DNA of 63,903 bases, the filler included, from Polymyxa betae A26-41 (taxonomy: Eukaryota > Protista > Endomyxa: Phytomyxea), in the NCBI GenBank assembly GCA_003693705.1. It is 6 parts of 6 records of this genome, joined end to end, with 100 filler letters (N's around TTAATTAATTAA, not from the genome) between each part and the next. Parts side by side here need not be neighbours in the genome. Positions count along the whole stretch, not along the records: positions 39,694 to 52,363 come from RBZT01000922.1; positions 52,464 to 58,866 come from RBZT01000055.1; positions 58,967 to 63,903 come from RBZT01000872.1; 3 more parts are not named here. One strand, 5' to 3'. The notes beneath the pieces were generated by a model. The model saw only the letters and a program-made list of their open reading frames with translations. It was not told the DNA's origin and ran no database searches. The translations under genes were made by a program, and so were the position numbers. Below are positions 49,472 to 60,588 of the stretch, in pieces. Numbering within the stretch: position 1 is the first letter of the stretch; every line of letters begins with the position of its first letter.

Positions 49472-49690
49472 GTGCCCGAAACCCTTGTTGGAAGCTAGGC
49501 TGCGCCGCTGTCAAGCGGGTTGCAGCGTCGACGCCCGTCCCAGTCAAATTCCCTGACTGAAGCTCGCAGGTTGCGCTTTTGAGATGTGCCCGAAACCCTA
49601 TTTGCAAGCAGGGCCGCGCCGCTGTCAAGCGGGTTGCAGCGTCGACGCCCGTCCCAGTCAAATTCCCTGACTGAGGCTCGCAGGCTGCGC
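49472..49690. repeat. 114-bp-period GC-rich tandem duplication with hairpins
   Basis: Copies start at 49472 and 49586; hairpins CCGCT-GTCA-AGCGG and CAGTCA-N7-TGACTG. Confidence 0.92.
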
Positions 49691-49794
49691 CCGAGACTGT
49701 GGTGGGGATGCCCAACAGTGGGCCAAACCCTTAGTCAGGCGCTGTTGCAACTGCACTCTTTCACTTCATTGTGTAACATCTTCCTGTTCTTTAG

Positions 49795-51178
49795 ATGACC
49801 GTGGTCGTCGTCGTCGCCCTTGTTGCTGCTTTGGCAGCGAGCTCTTTGACCGACGCACAGCCGGCGCGATCTATTAGCACGGATGGGCATTGTGGGCCTT
49901 ATTACGGCTGGGCATTGTGTCCTGGTAAGGAACCCTTAACCCTAATGCCTCTCTAATAATGTGTCAGTTGGATGCTGCAGCAAATACGGCTTTTGTGGCA
50001 CCAGCGCGGCTTTCTGCGATTGGTGCAACCAGCCCGAACAGTTCTGCGATTACAAATCGCCGGATCCGAACAACCCAGATATCGTACCGGCCCCGTATCC
50101 GTCAGATCTGGACATCCCGACCATACCACCAGCGACATCACCTCCGGAGCCAACAACAGAGCCTCCATCGCCCGTTACGACAACATCTCCACCAACGTTA
50201 CGACCTTCGGTCACAACAACGACGCCACCTGTGAGGACGTTACCGCCGATGACAGAACCTCCGGTAACAACAACAACGCCTCCTGTGAGGACGTTACCGC
50301 CGATGTCTTCACCTCCGGTAACAATAACGACTTCACCTCCGGTAACAACAACGACTTCACCTCCGGTAACAACAACAACGTCGCCTCCAGTAACAACAAC
50401 GACGCCTCCTGTGATTACGTTACCGCCGATGACAACACCTCCGGTAACAACAACAACGCCACCTGTGAGAACGTTACCGCCGATGCCACCAGTGAGGACG
50501 TTACCGCCGACACCAGTAAGGACGTTACCGCCGATGACGTCACCTCCGGTAACAACAACGGCGTCTCCTCCGGTAACAACAACGGCGTCTCCTCCAGTAA
50601 CAACAACGACGTCTCCTCCAGTAGCAACAACGCCTCCAACTCCTCCGCCGACAACAACAACGCCGCCATCTACGGCTCCGCCGACGACCACGACGCCGCC
50701 GACAACATCGCCACCAGCGAGGACATTCCCGCCTACAACAACGTTAACGCCAACCACATCACCTTCCACAGCGCCGCCTTCGACATCACCGCCAACAATT
50801 CCTCCTCCAACGCCAATCAGACCTTCACCAACGACGACCAGGATACCACCCACATCACCTCCAAGGACAAAACTGCCGACGATTCGTCCATCTCGATCGC
50901 CAACGGCGACCAGAAAGCCGACGGTTCCGCCAGCGCCATGTCCAGCTCATGCCGAGAAGCCGTGCGCTCCTACGTATGCGAAGGACTGCGGCGTCTCCGC
51001 GTGTAAACCAAAGCCGGTGACGACTCCGTCACCAGCGTACCAGTCCGACGGGAATTCGTATGCGGAGGGCCAGCACGATCCGGACGACGAAGAGTATCTG
51101 GATTCGTCTCCGTATAGTTCGGCAATAATGCCGACTATGGCGATCGGCGCCCTCTGCGCTGCTGCGATCTTCCTATAA
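49795..51178 (+). CDS. Secreted hevein/CBM18 protein with mucin-like T/P repeats and GPI-like tail; intron 49925-49967
   Basis: CGPYYGWALCP-VGCCSKYGFCGTSAAFC; PPVTTTT and PPVRTLPPM repeats; tail YLDSSPYSSAIMPTMAIGALCAAAIFL; same intron position as the 45903 paralog. Confidence 0.92.
50170..50790 (+). repeat. Coding minisatellite (PPVTTTTS / PPVRTLPPM units)
   Basis: CCTCCGGTAACAACAAC and GTGAGGACGTTACCGCCGA repeats. Confidence 0.95.
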
Positions 51179-51600
51179 TGCTGACAGCTTTCATTAGAAC
51201 AAGAAAATCATATTTCAGTTTCATAAAATAATAAAATAATTATTGTAAGTAACAGTAATGAATGAAATACGGAATTTTATTATACATGACTTTTCACTGC
51301 CGCCGAGAGCGAAACCTGGTTAATCACTGACTATGTAAATCGAGGTTCTGCTACGAGATAGGAGATAATCACGTAATGCGGGTAACTGACATCATTACAA
51401 GTTTCCTTTTGAAAAACACGTTGCTTACTGAGCAGAATTAGGCCCAATATAGGCATTCGACATTGTGCTGTTTTGGGTGGTCAAGAGCGCAGCAATGGAG
51501 AGGAAGCGATGAGAAGAGCAAACGTAAAACTGGATGAATTCAACCTGTTGTTGATAGTCATTGATCCTCTCATCGCGTTCTTCGTGAAATTTCAAAACGT

Positions 51601-51674
51601 GTCTGAGTGGCGCAACTGGTCAGCGCGTTCGGCTGTTAACCGAGAGGTTGTGGGTTCGAGTCCCACCTTTGACG
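51601..51674 (+). tRNA. trnN-GTT: tRNA-Asn (GTT), intronless
   Basis: Cloverleaf: acceptor GTCTGAG/CTTTGAC (one mismatch), D-arm GCGC/GCGC, anticodon arm TTCGG-CTGTTAA-CCGAG, T-arm GTGGG-TTCGAGT-CCCAC; T-rich tract downstream. Confidence 0.95.
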
Positions 51675-52363
51675 CTTTGTTTTGTCCAGGGACAAACTCG
51701 TTCGATTTTTTGCTCCGTGCTTGGCCGTTTTGTGCTTCTGTAACAAAGATCTGGTAAATGTAATGATTCGTGGAACTGTACTGAAGAGCTGTTATATCAT
51801 AGAGGGCGACAATAAACGCTGCTTGGAAAGAAGCCGATTGTCGTCAAACGTTGACCAAGGATCTTCCTAATTGAATTCACAGCGAATGCATCTGCGTCTG
51901 ATCAGCTGTACGGATCAGAAACTGTAATCGCTGCATTCTCGTATGTGATCGTCCAAGGAAATCCCTTAGTCAAGATAGACGGGATGACAACTGCAGGTAA
52001 TTTGACCAATCAAAGTTATCATCAACATGAACTTTTTCAGGAAAATAGGAGATAGGAAAGTTGGATCACTGATTTCACAATACTGGATAGAACAAAGTGA
52101 TTTCAGAGCCGCGTGATTTGTGGTTCAGGGTGTTAGACGGGAGAGGGTTTTGAACTGGAATGTGTTTGAAGAAGTGTTTTATTTGATAGCATGCAAGCGG
52201 AAGACAATGCTTCCGGTTGAATTAGCTTGAGTCAACGCTATTGATATCTCGAGATTGATCTAACAGCGCTCATATGCTAACACGCCCCTTCGCTGTTGAC
52301 ATCGAGAGTTTCTTTGATTGATAAAGTGGGGCTGTAATCTGGATCGCCATCTTCTGCAATTCC

Positions 52364-52463
52364 NNNNNNNNNNNNNNNNNNNNNNNNNNNNNNNNNNNNN
52401 NNNNNNNTTAATTAATTAANNNNNNNNNNNNNNNNNNNNNNNNNNNNNNNNNNNNNNNNNNNN
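52364..52463. other. Assembly linker
   Basis: N44-TTAATTAATTAA-N44. Confidence 0.97.
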
Positions 52464-52754
52464 CATTCACAGGAGCTGTTGGCGAAGTTGTCTGATATGA
52501 AAGCCAAAGAAAATGCCAAAAATCGGAAGCAGCAGTCACTGCCGAAAGAAATCGGAGAGTACTGTTTCCCGAAGGATTCGCTTGGTTTTCTGTTGGAATC
52601 CGTGTATGAAGATTTCGTGCGCCTCAACCAAAACAATAACGTTGTTTTTGACATCAATACCAGCAGCTTAGGTCAAAAAACTAGAAATCAGGTTTTCGCC
52701 CACCTTCAGAAGCGCTACCAGGAAGATGCAGGAAAACCAACACAAAAACGATAG
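52464..52754 (+). CDS. 3' end of an ORF directly upstream of the CACTA transposase; possibly the element's accessory (TnpA-like) gene
   Basis: Open from the gap edge; KAKENAKNRKQQSLPKEIG loosely resembles the NxxNR motif of En/Spm accessory proteins. Confidence 0.35.
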   Translation, partial: HSQELLAKLSDMKAKENAKNRKQQSLPKEIGEYCFPKDSLGFLLESVYEDFVRLNQNNNVVFDINTSSLGQKTRNQVFAHLQKRYQEDAGKPTQKR

Positions 52755-52889
52755 ACATTTGCTCCCAAAATCCATTGATGACCTTTCCTGCATTTTTCAA
52801 TAAAACTTGTATCGCAAAATATCTGGTACGCCATCTCAACCGATAGGACTTTGATACTTGATCATCGTTGACCTATCTTCATCCTTAAT

Positions 52890-55800
52890 ATGACTGGAAA
52901 CAAGTTCCATCGAACTAGCAACGAGCTGCAGCGGAAATGTTACTGTAGAACTCATAGCTGCAAAGGCAAAAGCGTCCACACTCAAACGTACAAGCGACAT
53001 CAGATCGACGATCTTAACATAGAAGACAATTTAGATGAGCTGTCCTCGATTGCTTCGGAAACTTCTGCTGATCTACCAATGATTGAACCGTTGATTATGC
53101 ACAAGAGGCATCGGAGTCGACGATAAACGATGGCGGTAACTCAATTGAAAGCATACCTGACGAGGAAGATCATAGCGTTGATTATATCGTCCCATCAAAG
53201 CTGAGTCCGGCTCATGATATTAATGGTGATGACTTTTCAATCAGCACCCAACAACATTCCGAAATTGAAGATAGCATTGAGACGCTACCTGCGATAAAAG
53301 AACATCATATCGATGATCCATGGAAATCAGCCTTCGACTTCGATCGACGAATCATTAGCGCCATGAACAGTGCTAGAGCAATGCTACAGAGTTCATCAGT
53401 GATTGCAGAAAATCAGATGTCTAAGCTTGGGATCACACATCGGAGCCACCTAGAAAGCATCAAGATAAAAATTCTGCAGTTTGCGGATCAGTGTCTTCGG
53501 GCAGGAGTGAATAGGAGAGGCTTCGACGATCTAATGACGTCACACCTCGCGGCCATATCCAGTCGAATGGATGAATTGTCGGGTCAAGGCTTACCTCGGT
53601 CCGACAGCTTTCCTGAAAACTGGAAGCAAACAAAGTCAACTATTCTGAGAGATATCTTCCTGAAACTCAAGCCAATACCTTTACAATCATGCCCCGGAGG
53701 TCACTGTATACTCGCCCTTGAGAATGAGAATGAGCAGCAATGTCCTCAGTGCTATGTATCAAGACAGAGCGCCCGAACATTTCTGTACTGGCCACTCTCG
53801 TTTGACATCCAGGTAAAGGTTTCGCACACTTTTCACATCTAATAATTCCAATTTCTAGATCCGTTTTGCTTTTGTAGCATTTGCCAGTTTGTTCTGGCAA
53901 GGTTACGATGAAGTTGATGCCGCCGTCATGGAGTATAAGAAGACACAGACCAAGGAGGAATCCATGTGCGATTGGTTCCATGGGGACCTGTTCTATGACC
54001 ATTACGCACCATATCATGACAAAGAGAAGCAGGTTGCGAAGAATGGTAATGAATTATTGATGATACAATCCCCTTCTTATCTTTGTTCAGAGAGGCAATA
54101 CATGACAATCGCGTTGTCACATTGTTTCGATGGTTCTCATCTACACAACTCTTCTAAAATATCGGTATGGCCTCACCTCTTCTCATATCTCACACTACCA
54201 TCATTCGCGCGTTGCAAACCTTCAGCAGTAGCAATGACTTCGTGCTCATATTATTCAAGCCAAGCGTACTTCCAACTGGTTGCTCATGAAATGAATCTGA
54301 TAAACAAAGAGGGACTTTTGGATCTTCGATTCATCCAGAAATCAATTAACTAACGCATGCTAGCGTTTTTGCGTCAATGCACCAGCAACTGATCGTCTGC
54401 AGGTAAAACTGAAGTTAATGACCAGCATGGCAGATTTACCTGCCTTTGCAAAGGCAATGATGAAAGCAGGATCATCGAGCATTCATGGAGCATGCATTTG
54501 TTCTATCGTTGGAGTGAGAGCGAATAAGCGGACCTGCCGTTTGGGATCTTACAGATTTCTCCCTCCAGCCCATCCATTTCGCAAGAAAGCATTGATACCA
54601 AAATGCTTGGATTTACATCGTAAATCTCCAGCACCAACGTTTTGGACGAAAGATCAGATAGTTGACTCAGGTTGAAATGATATGCGATTGGTTTCAATAT
54701 CCAGTCCTAACCCGCGTACAGGAATCGAAGCGAGTCGTTACGAAGCTGATAAAATCAAGAGCAGGACGCTTAGCGCAAGAAAATGCTTGAAAGTGTACGA
54801 CAGATCAAGCGATCTCTCCCACAGTTACAAACAACCAGGGCCAGGACAGTATGGAATAGACAACTTGACCAGCGGTCTGGACAATGGTTGGGATCCTAGT
54901 AGACAGTATAAATCCGATTTTATGCATCATATAGGGGTAGGTTGTTGATTCTGGCAGTTGTTTGCTGATGCTAACTGGCTTTTTTGTATAGAGTGCTGTC
55001 CGAACCTTGGTTGAGGCCCTGGATTGCGAGAGTAATGGTTCCGGATTGGTGTTCGATTATGAGGCTCGGCTGTGGGAAAAGTCTCTAAACAGGCTCAACA
55101 GTGTTTGGGAGCAAGACGCTGAGCTCCCGTGAGCATTGATTCCAGGAAGCCGTAAAGCTATATCTGAACGAATCAAGAATTTACTGGTTCCGGACAGTAA
55201 GAGGGCAGAATTTTTTGAGAATTGTAGTTGTTAACAACACTCAGGGACCGAAGAGCTATTCAACCCGTTCATCAGATCGCAAGTAATGGTGAAGAATTCG
55301 CAGTGGCATATGCTGCTGCATGGGCTGTTCAAATTTCTAACCAAAGGGCTGTTCGGAGAGAGCATCCAGGCTCAGAGCTTCCAGAAGGCTCTATACCGGT
55401 TGTTTGATGTTCTGTCAGGCTGCATGTGTTCAAGCTTGAGACGATCACAACTGCAAAAGCTTCATCTCGCAATTGTGGAATCTTTGGCTCTGCTGGAACA
55501 AGTAATAACTGTCTCGGTTCGGTTTCAATGCTAACTTTTCATTCAGCAAATGCCAAGTATGCTATTGACTCTGCCGGTACATTTTATTCTTCATATAGTT
55601 CCACATGTTTTGCAGGATATTGGCTTATTGAAAGGGATTGCATGGAATTTCAGGTCGGAGCGTTTCATGCGACCTTTAAAGTCAATGAACCACGCCACGA
55701 TGGGACAATCTGTCAACATCATGAACAATTACTCTGAGCAAGTTGCAAATTCTTGTTTTAGGTTGGTTCAGTAGAATCAAACACGGGACAAATTTGCTCA

Positions 55801-56747
55801 TTTTCCGCTAGGCTGCAGCACCACGATCGATACACCTCGCAGGAAAACAGATTATGGACGTTTGGGGAAATAGAAAGATTGGAGGATTACAGCAAGGACA
55901 TCGACGAACTGCCGACAGAGCCAAAAGTTTTTGATCCGAAAGATTTGCAGCTAGGTTGAGGGCGGGCTAGGTGTTACGACGAATTGCTTTGACAAATTTG
56001 ATCAGGTCGTTTGATTGAAGACATGTATCTCAGGATCGATGAGTATCACCGCTGCATAGTAACCTTGAATTCCAGCCTTGAGAAACCTTATTCAGACAGA
56101 AGACTGGCGACGGAACCAATCCTGTTTTTTCTGAGCACCACGAGAAGCTAATTGATCACTTAAGAAGCAATGGTTTCCATGAAATTTTTCTAAACGCGCT
56201 ACAAGGTAAGTTGGCGTTTCGTTTGAGGTATTTCGAAATCATAATTATGCAATAAAGCTTTGGGATTTACTTCAGATTTATTATGGTGTACTGCTGTTGT
56301 TGATATAGTTTTTTCAGCAATATCGCCAGTATCACAAAAATTATGCACAAAGGGAAGCTTTTTAGGTCAAAAGATTACGAACGTAAACGAGCTTTAAAGA
56401 GGAGTAACCACATGATGCAAATCAAGATAGAATCATCATGTTCTTCTAAGCATTGGTTTGCTTCGGCAAACTGGTTCACCATATTGACCATCAAAGACGA
56501 CATGGAGCCCTTGGTAATCGTGTTTGAGGATTGGTATAAGTCGCCGGAGAGCCCAAAGGTCGGCCATGGAACCGATAAGGCGACAGGCTTGCCTTTGATT
56601 GAACCCATGTCCAAAGCTGAAAACAATAAATGGTCCAGATGGGTGTTCAGTGACAACATCGAGCCAGTCAACATCATGCTCGGCAAGCTCCCTGAAACAA
56701 GATACTATTTCGCAATTAGGATGGGACATAGAGAAGATCTAGAGTAA
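52890..56747 (+). mobile_element. CACTA/EnSpm-type transposase gene, multi-exon, decayed
   Basis: CYC..C..RH N-terminus; CPGGHC...CPQC...FLYWPL; CDWFHG; CFDG...SVWP; ADLPAFAK...GACIC; DFMH; HFILHIV...WNFRSERFMRPLK. Frameshift near 53100 and in-frame TGA near 55130. Confidence 0.85.
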
Positions 56748-57039
56748 AATGAGATTACAACTTTGAGTTTATTACAATAGAACGAAGAGCGAGAAAAAAA
56801 GAAAATTTTCCATGTAAAAGCAGCAACAGTACCAAAACAGAATCAGGCCGCCTCAGCTGCTTCAGCATTAAACAGACAAGCAATAGAGGAACCAGGTCGA
56901 GCCAGCCCAGCAGCTTCAGCGCAAAGAGCAACAGCTCGGGCAAGTTCAGCTCAGACAGCAGCGACCCGAGCAAACTGAACAGCAGCAACGACCAGTGGAA
57001 ACAAGTAATAGATTTAGAGAAAGATCAATGCAATAATAA

Positions 57040-58866
57040 AATGAGAAAGAGAAAAATTTTCAAAAATGGGCAGCATCCACCCTAGCCGATAATAGTTTGC
57101 AAGCTTACCTTCGATTCGAATACTATATCGCTACGAAAACGCGAACCGCAACAACATAAGCACGAGAACAATCAGTAGAAGAAGGAGAAGCTATAGAACA
57201 AACGATGAGCAATGTTAGATTGGCCCAGATGGTACTGCAAGCGAAAAGGAGAAATCATGGGCCGCATCAACGACGAGACCCATTAAAATAGAAAGATAAG
57301 TTCATTTTTAAAAGCAACCAACTGATTTAAAAGTTGCAGAAAACTTTAAAACCCTAAATAAACTGAGAGCAGAGAAAATTTCAAAAATGGGCAGCATCCA
57401 CCCTAGCAGATAAAAAAGCTTAGAGATTACCATTAGTTCGATGAAATTACATCCACGAAAACTCGGGCCGCCTTGATCTATACACGAGGATCATTAATAC
57501 AAGATGGGCGAACTTTATAATACACAAACAGCAATGTCAGATGAGCCCAAAAGGCCCTGCAAGCGAAAGAAGAAATCGAGCGCCCCATCAGTGACGAACC
57601 CAGAAAAATAGAAAGACAAAAGCATTTGCAAAAGCAACCAGCAGATTTACAAGTTGAATAAAACGTTTTTAAACATTAATAAACTAAGAAGAAAGAAAAT
57701 TTCAAAATTGGGCAGCATCCACCCTAAAATATAAAAAAAATTTAGAGAGTACTTTTGATTCGACACCATCACCTCCACGAAAACTCGGGACGCCCAGATC
57801 TATACACAGGAGTAGTCAGCACAAAGCATACAATATTAGCATCAACAAACAGCCATGTTAGATGGGCTCAGAAGGCCCTGCAAGCGAGAAGCAGAAATCG
57901 TGCGTCCCATCAGTGACGAAAACCTTCGATAAAGACAGCAAACAGCTGATTTAAAAGTTGAAGAAAACGTTTATGAAATTAATAAACAAAGAAGAGAGAA
58001 AATTCTAAAATTGGGCAGCATCCACCCTAAAATATTCAAAAATTTAGAGGTACTTTTGATTCGACACCATCACCGCCACGAAAACTCGGGCGCCTCGAAC
58101 TATACATGGGAACAATCAGCACAAGGTATGCAAACTTTAAAATAAAAACAGCAATGTTAGATGAGTCCAGAAGGCCCTGCAAGCGAAAAGGAGAAATCGA
58201 GCGCCCCATCAGTGACGAACCCAGTAAAATAGAAAGACAAACACGTTTGTAAAAGCAATCAGCAGATTCACAAGTAAACATTAAAAAACTAAGAAGAATG
58301 AAAATTTCAAAATTGGGCAGCATCCACCCTAAAAGATATAAAAAATATATAGAGAGTACTTTTGATTTGACACCATCACCGCCACGAAAACTCGGGACGC
58401 CCAGATCTATACACTAGAGTAATCAGCACAAAGCATACAATCTTTAGCATAAACAAACTGCAATGTTAGATGGGCTCAGAAGGCCCTGCAAGCGAAAAGA
58501 AGAAATCGTGCGTCCCATCAGTGACGAAAACCTTTGAAATAGAAAGATAAAAGCATAAGTAAAAGCAACCTACTTATTTCAGCGTTGCAGAAAACTCTAA
58601 AAACATTAATACACTGAAAAGAGAGAAAAAATTTCAATATTGGGCAGCATCCACCCTAGAAGATAAAAGCATTAAGAGAGTACCTTTGATTCGATGCCAT
58701 CACCGCCACGAAATCTCGGGACGCCCCGAACTATACACGAAAACAATCATCACAGGCATCAAAAATTACAGGTTGAACAAAAAGCATTGCTAGTCTGGCC
58801 CCCGAAGGCCCTTCTAGCGGAAATGTGAAATCAAATGCGTCCACCTGTGACAAGACCGAAGCTAAT
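57040..58866. repeat. Tandem array of six ~302-327-bp units, running into a gap
   Basis: Invariant TGGGCAGCATCCACCCTA, with GGG starting at 57068, 57389, 57710, 58013, 58315 and 58642; further conserved blocks between A-rich linkers. Confidence 0.95.
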
Positions 58867-58966
58867 NNNNNNNNNNNNNNNNNNNNNNNNNNNNNNNNNN
58901 NNNNNNNNNNTTAATTAATTAANNNNNNNNNNNNNNNNNNNNNNNNNNNNNNNNNNNNNNNNNNNN
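58867..58966. other. Assembly linker
   Basis: N44-TTAATTAATTAA-N44. Confidence 0.97.
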
Positions 58967-60413
58967 GCATGGAGGCCGCTCCTCGCCATTCATAGTAGGG
59001 AGACGAGGGGACCCGCGCAGTCCGTGACAGTTAGGGCTCTTCCCCTATAGGAATCGTCAGCAGGGGCGCAGCCCTCTGCGCAGCCCGTCAGGAAGGGCCA
59101 GTACGACTGCCTGGTGGTCGGCTGGGCGGCTGCGAGTACTTTCATGCTCAATGGGCATGACACGGTGACTTCATCAGTCGCGGATACCCTGGAGGCATTG
59201 TCATGACTGTGCAGAAGAACGCTTGGATGGATGTAGAAATCATGCACGATTAAACGGGTTTGGCAACCTTGGATTCTGGCTCGACAAGCTCGTTCCTCCT
59301 ACCTGTTGCTTTAAAGCTTCTCGGCTCATCTGGAATCCACCGTAATCGACAAGCTTGCCGAACTTGGGACCGAAGTACATGCAAAAATGTACATTTCGTT
59401 ACCTTGACATTGTTTTCAGGCCGAATTTGTGGCTGGTTACACCTCCAAGCTGCAGGTACTTGATGTAGGTATAAACCGACCGTTTAAATTCCACTTTCAA
59501 CAGAATTATACCGAGTTTCTCATCAATCGGTCAGCGCCGAATGAGAAACCTCGTCGGCAGGACATCCCTCACTGGGCGTTGTACGCCTGGAGCCAGGTAT
59601 CGACTGCCGCAATTGTTAACACATGGAACCATGTGGGAATTAAGGCTTCCTCACAAGAGTGACTGTGTTTTTTATTCTAATAAAGGAATAGCATCCATGA
59701 GCACGCACGATGCCATTCCACAATTTCGGGCATCTTTTCGACGTTTGTGGGAATTATCGGAAATGGAATATAATTCTACCACCTGAGCGAACTTCCCAAC
59801 AAATCGCTCGCGAATAGGCATGCAGCTCTTGGGGAGGAATGCGACACGACAAGATTCGTTACCGCTGATTACTGCATGGGCGGCCACTGCTTCTTCGATT
59901 AAACCATTCCCTAGTTAAGAGAATCGTGTAAACAGGGGTTAATGTTTATAGAAAAAAATTGAAACAACTACTCTCAATGACTGTGAATTTGAACCGCAAC
60001 AGCGTGACGACACCGACTACCATCCCACAGGCCTCATGCAGCTCACACGAGCGCCCATTCTCAGGCTTTCGAAGGCCAACGATCTCAGCGTTGGCTTGCG
60101 ACATTTTTCCTCTCGTTGCACCGACGATAGAGATGCTGAAATTCCGTAACGAGCGCAATTAAAATGTGCACCATTGGGGACTATTTGGGCAAAGGGGTTA
60201 TTCCGGCAAGCATTACGGTAGAGTGTTGCTGAGTATAGCAAACAGTGCGTGTTTGGCAACCAAAACTGAACCTCAGTTTCAGTTTTGAAACTTTAACCAA
60301 AACTGTAATTATAAAACGGAGCTCCGAGTTCCGTTTTCGTCTAGCTTTGAAATTGGGTTCCCAAATGTTAGAAAAAAACAATTGCTCCTTCTCGGACTAT
60401 TATCGACCTACTG
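58967..60413 (+). mobile_element. Decayed pogo-like (Tc1/mariner superfamily, DDE_1) transposon, right part
   Basis: VWQPW...YLLL*SFSAHL...AGYTSKLQVLDVGINRPFK...AWSQVSTAAIVNTWNHVGI (ends 59662). Candidate terminus ...TTATCGACCTACTG at 60413 (reverse complement CAGTAG), but no TA follows it. Confidence 0.8.
59672..60104 (-). CDS. Intact 123-aa Cys/His-containing, HIRAN-like protein; exons 60104-59972 and 59910-59672
   Basis: A 61-nt GT-AG intron joins MSQANAEIVGLRKPENGRSCELHEACG...VIE to RNGLIEEAVAAHAVISGNESCRVAFLPK...KFAQVVELY...* in frame (372 nt). Confidence 0.75.
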
Positions 60414-60588
60414 GAAAGTCGTCGTCTTCGTAATATCTTGGTACGACACAGCTTACCTACTGAGTGAAAACTGTCGCACCGCAAAGCTAACGGAATAAGA
60501 ATCGCTTCCGACAGAATGCTCGAATGACAAAACCAAAAAATTGCATTTTCGCGACCTCTCTGAATGCTATCGTTGCAATGGGGCCCGA

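Noticed and set aside
49972-51006. 344-aa Asn-rich ORF and 267-aa antisense Val/Gly ORF
   Set aside because: Alternative-frame shadows of the Thr/Pro coding minisatellite.
13288-55135. Reassigned TGA codon as an alternative genetic code
   Set aside because: TGA ends several intact genes (e.g. 4928, 30266, 46597, 48473), and in-frame TGAs fall at apparent Cys, Arg and Trp positions, mostly in decayed elements.
58036-58323. 95-aa hydrophobic ORF spanning one repeat unit
   Set aside because: Neighbouring units have stops and non-triplet indels in this frame.
57040-58866. CRISPR-like or hammerhead-ribozyme reading of the array
   Set aside because: Inter-repeat sequences are homologous to each other rather than unique spacers, and there are no cas genes. 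The closest hammerhead-like core reads CAGATGAG/TAGATGAG rather than CTGATGA, with no consistent stems.
18790-58966. TTAATTAATTAA palindrome recurring in five N-runs
   Set aside because: Identical 100-nt artificial contig linkers; not biological.
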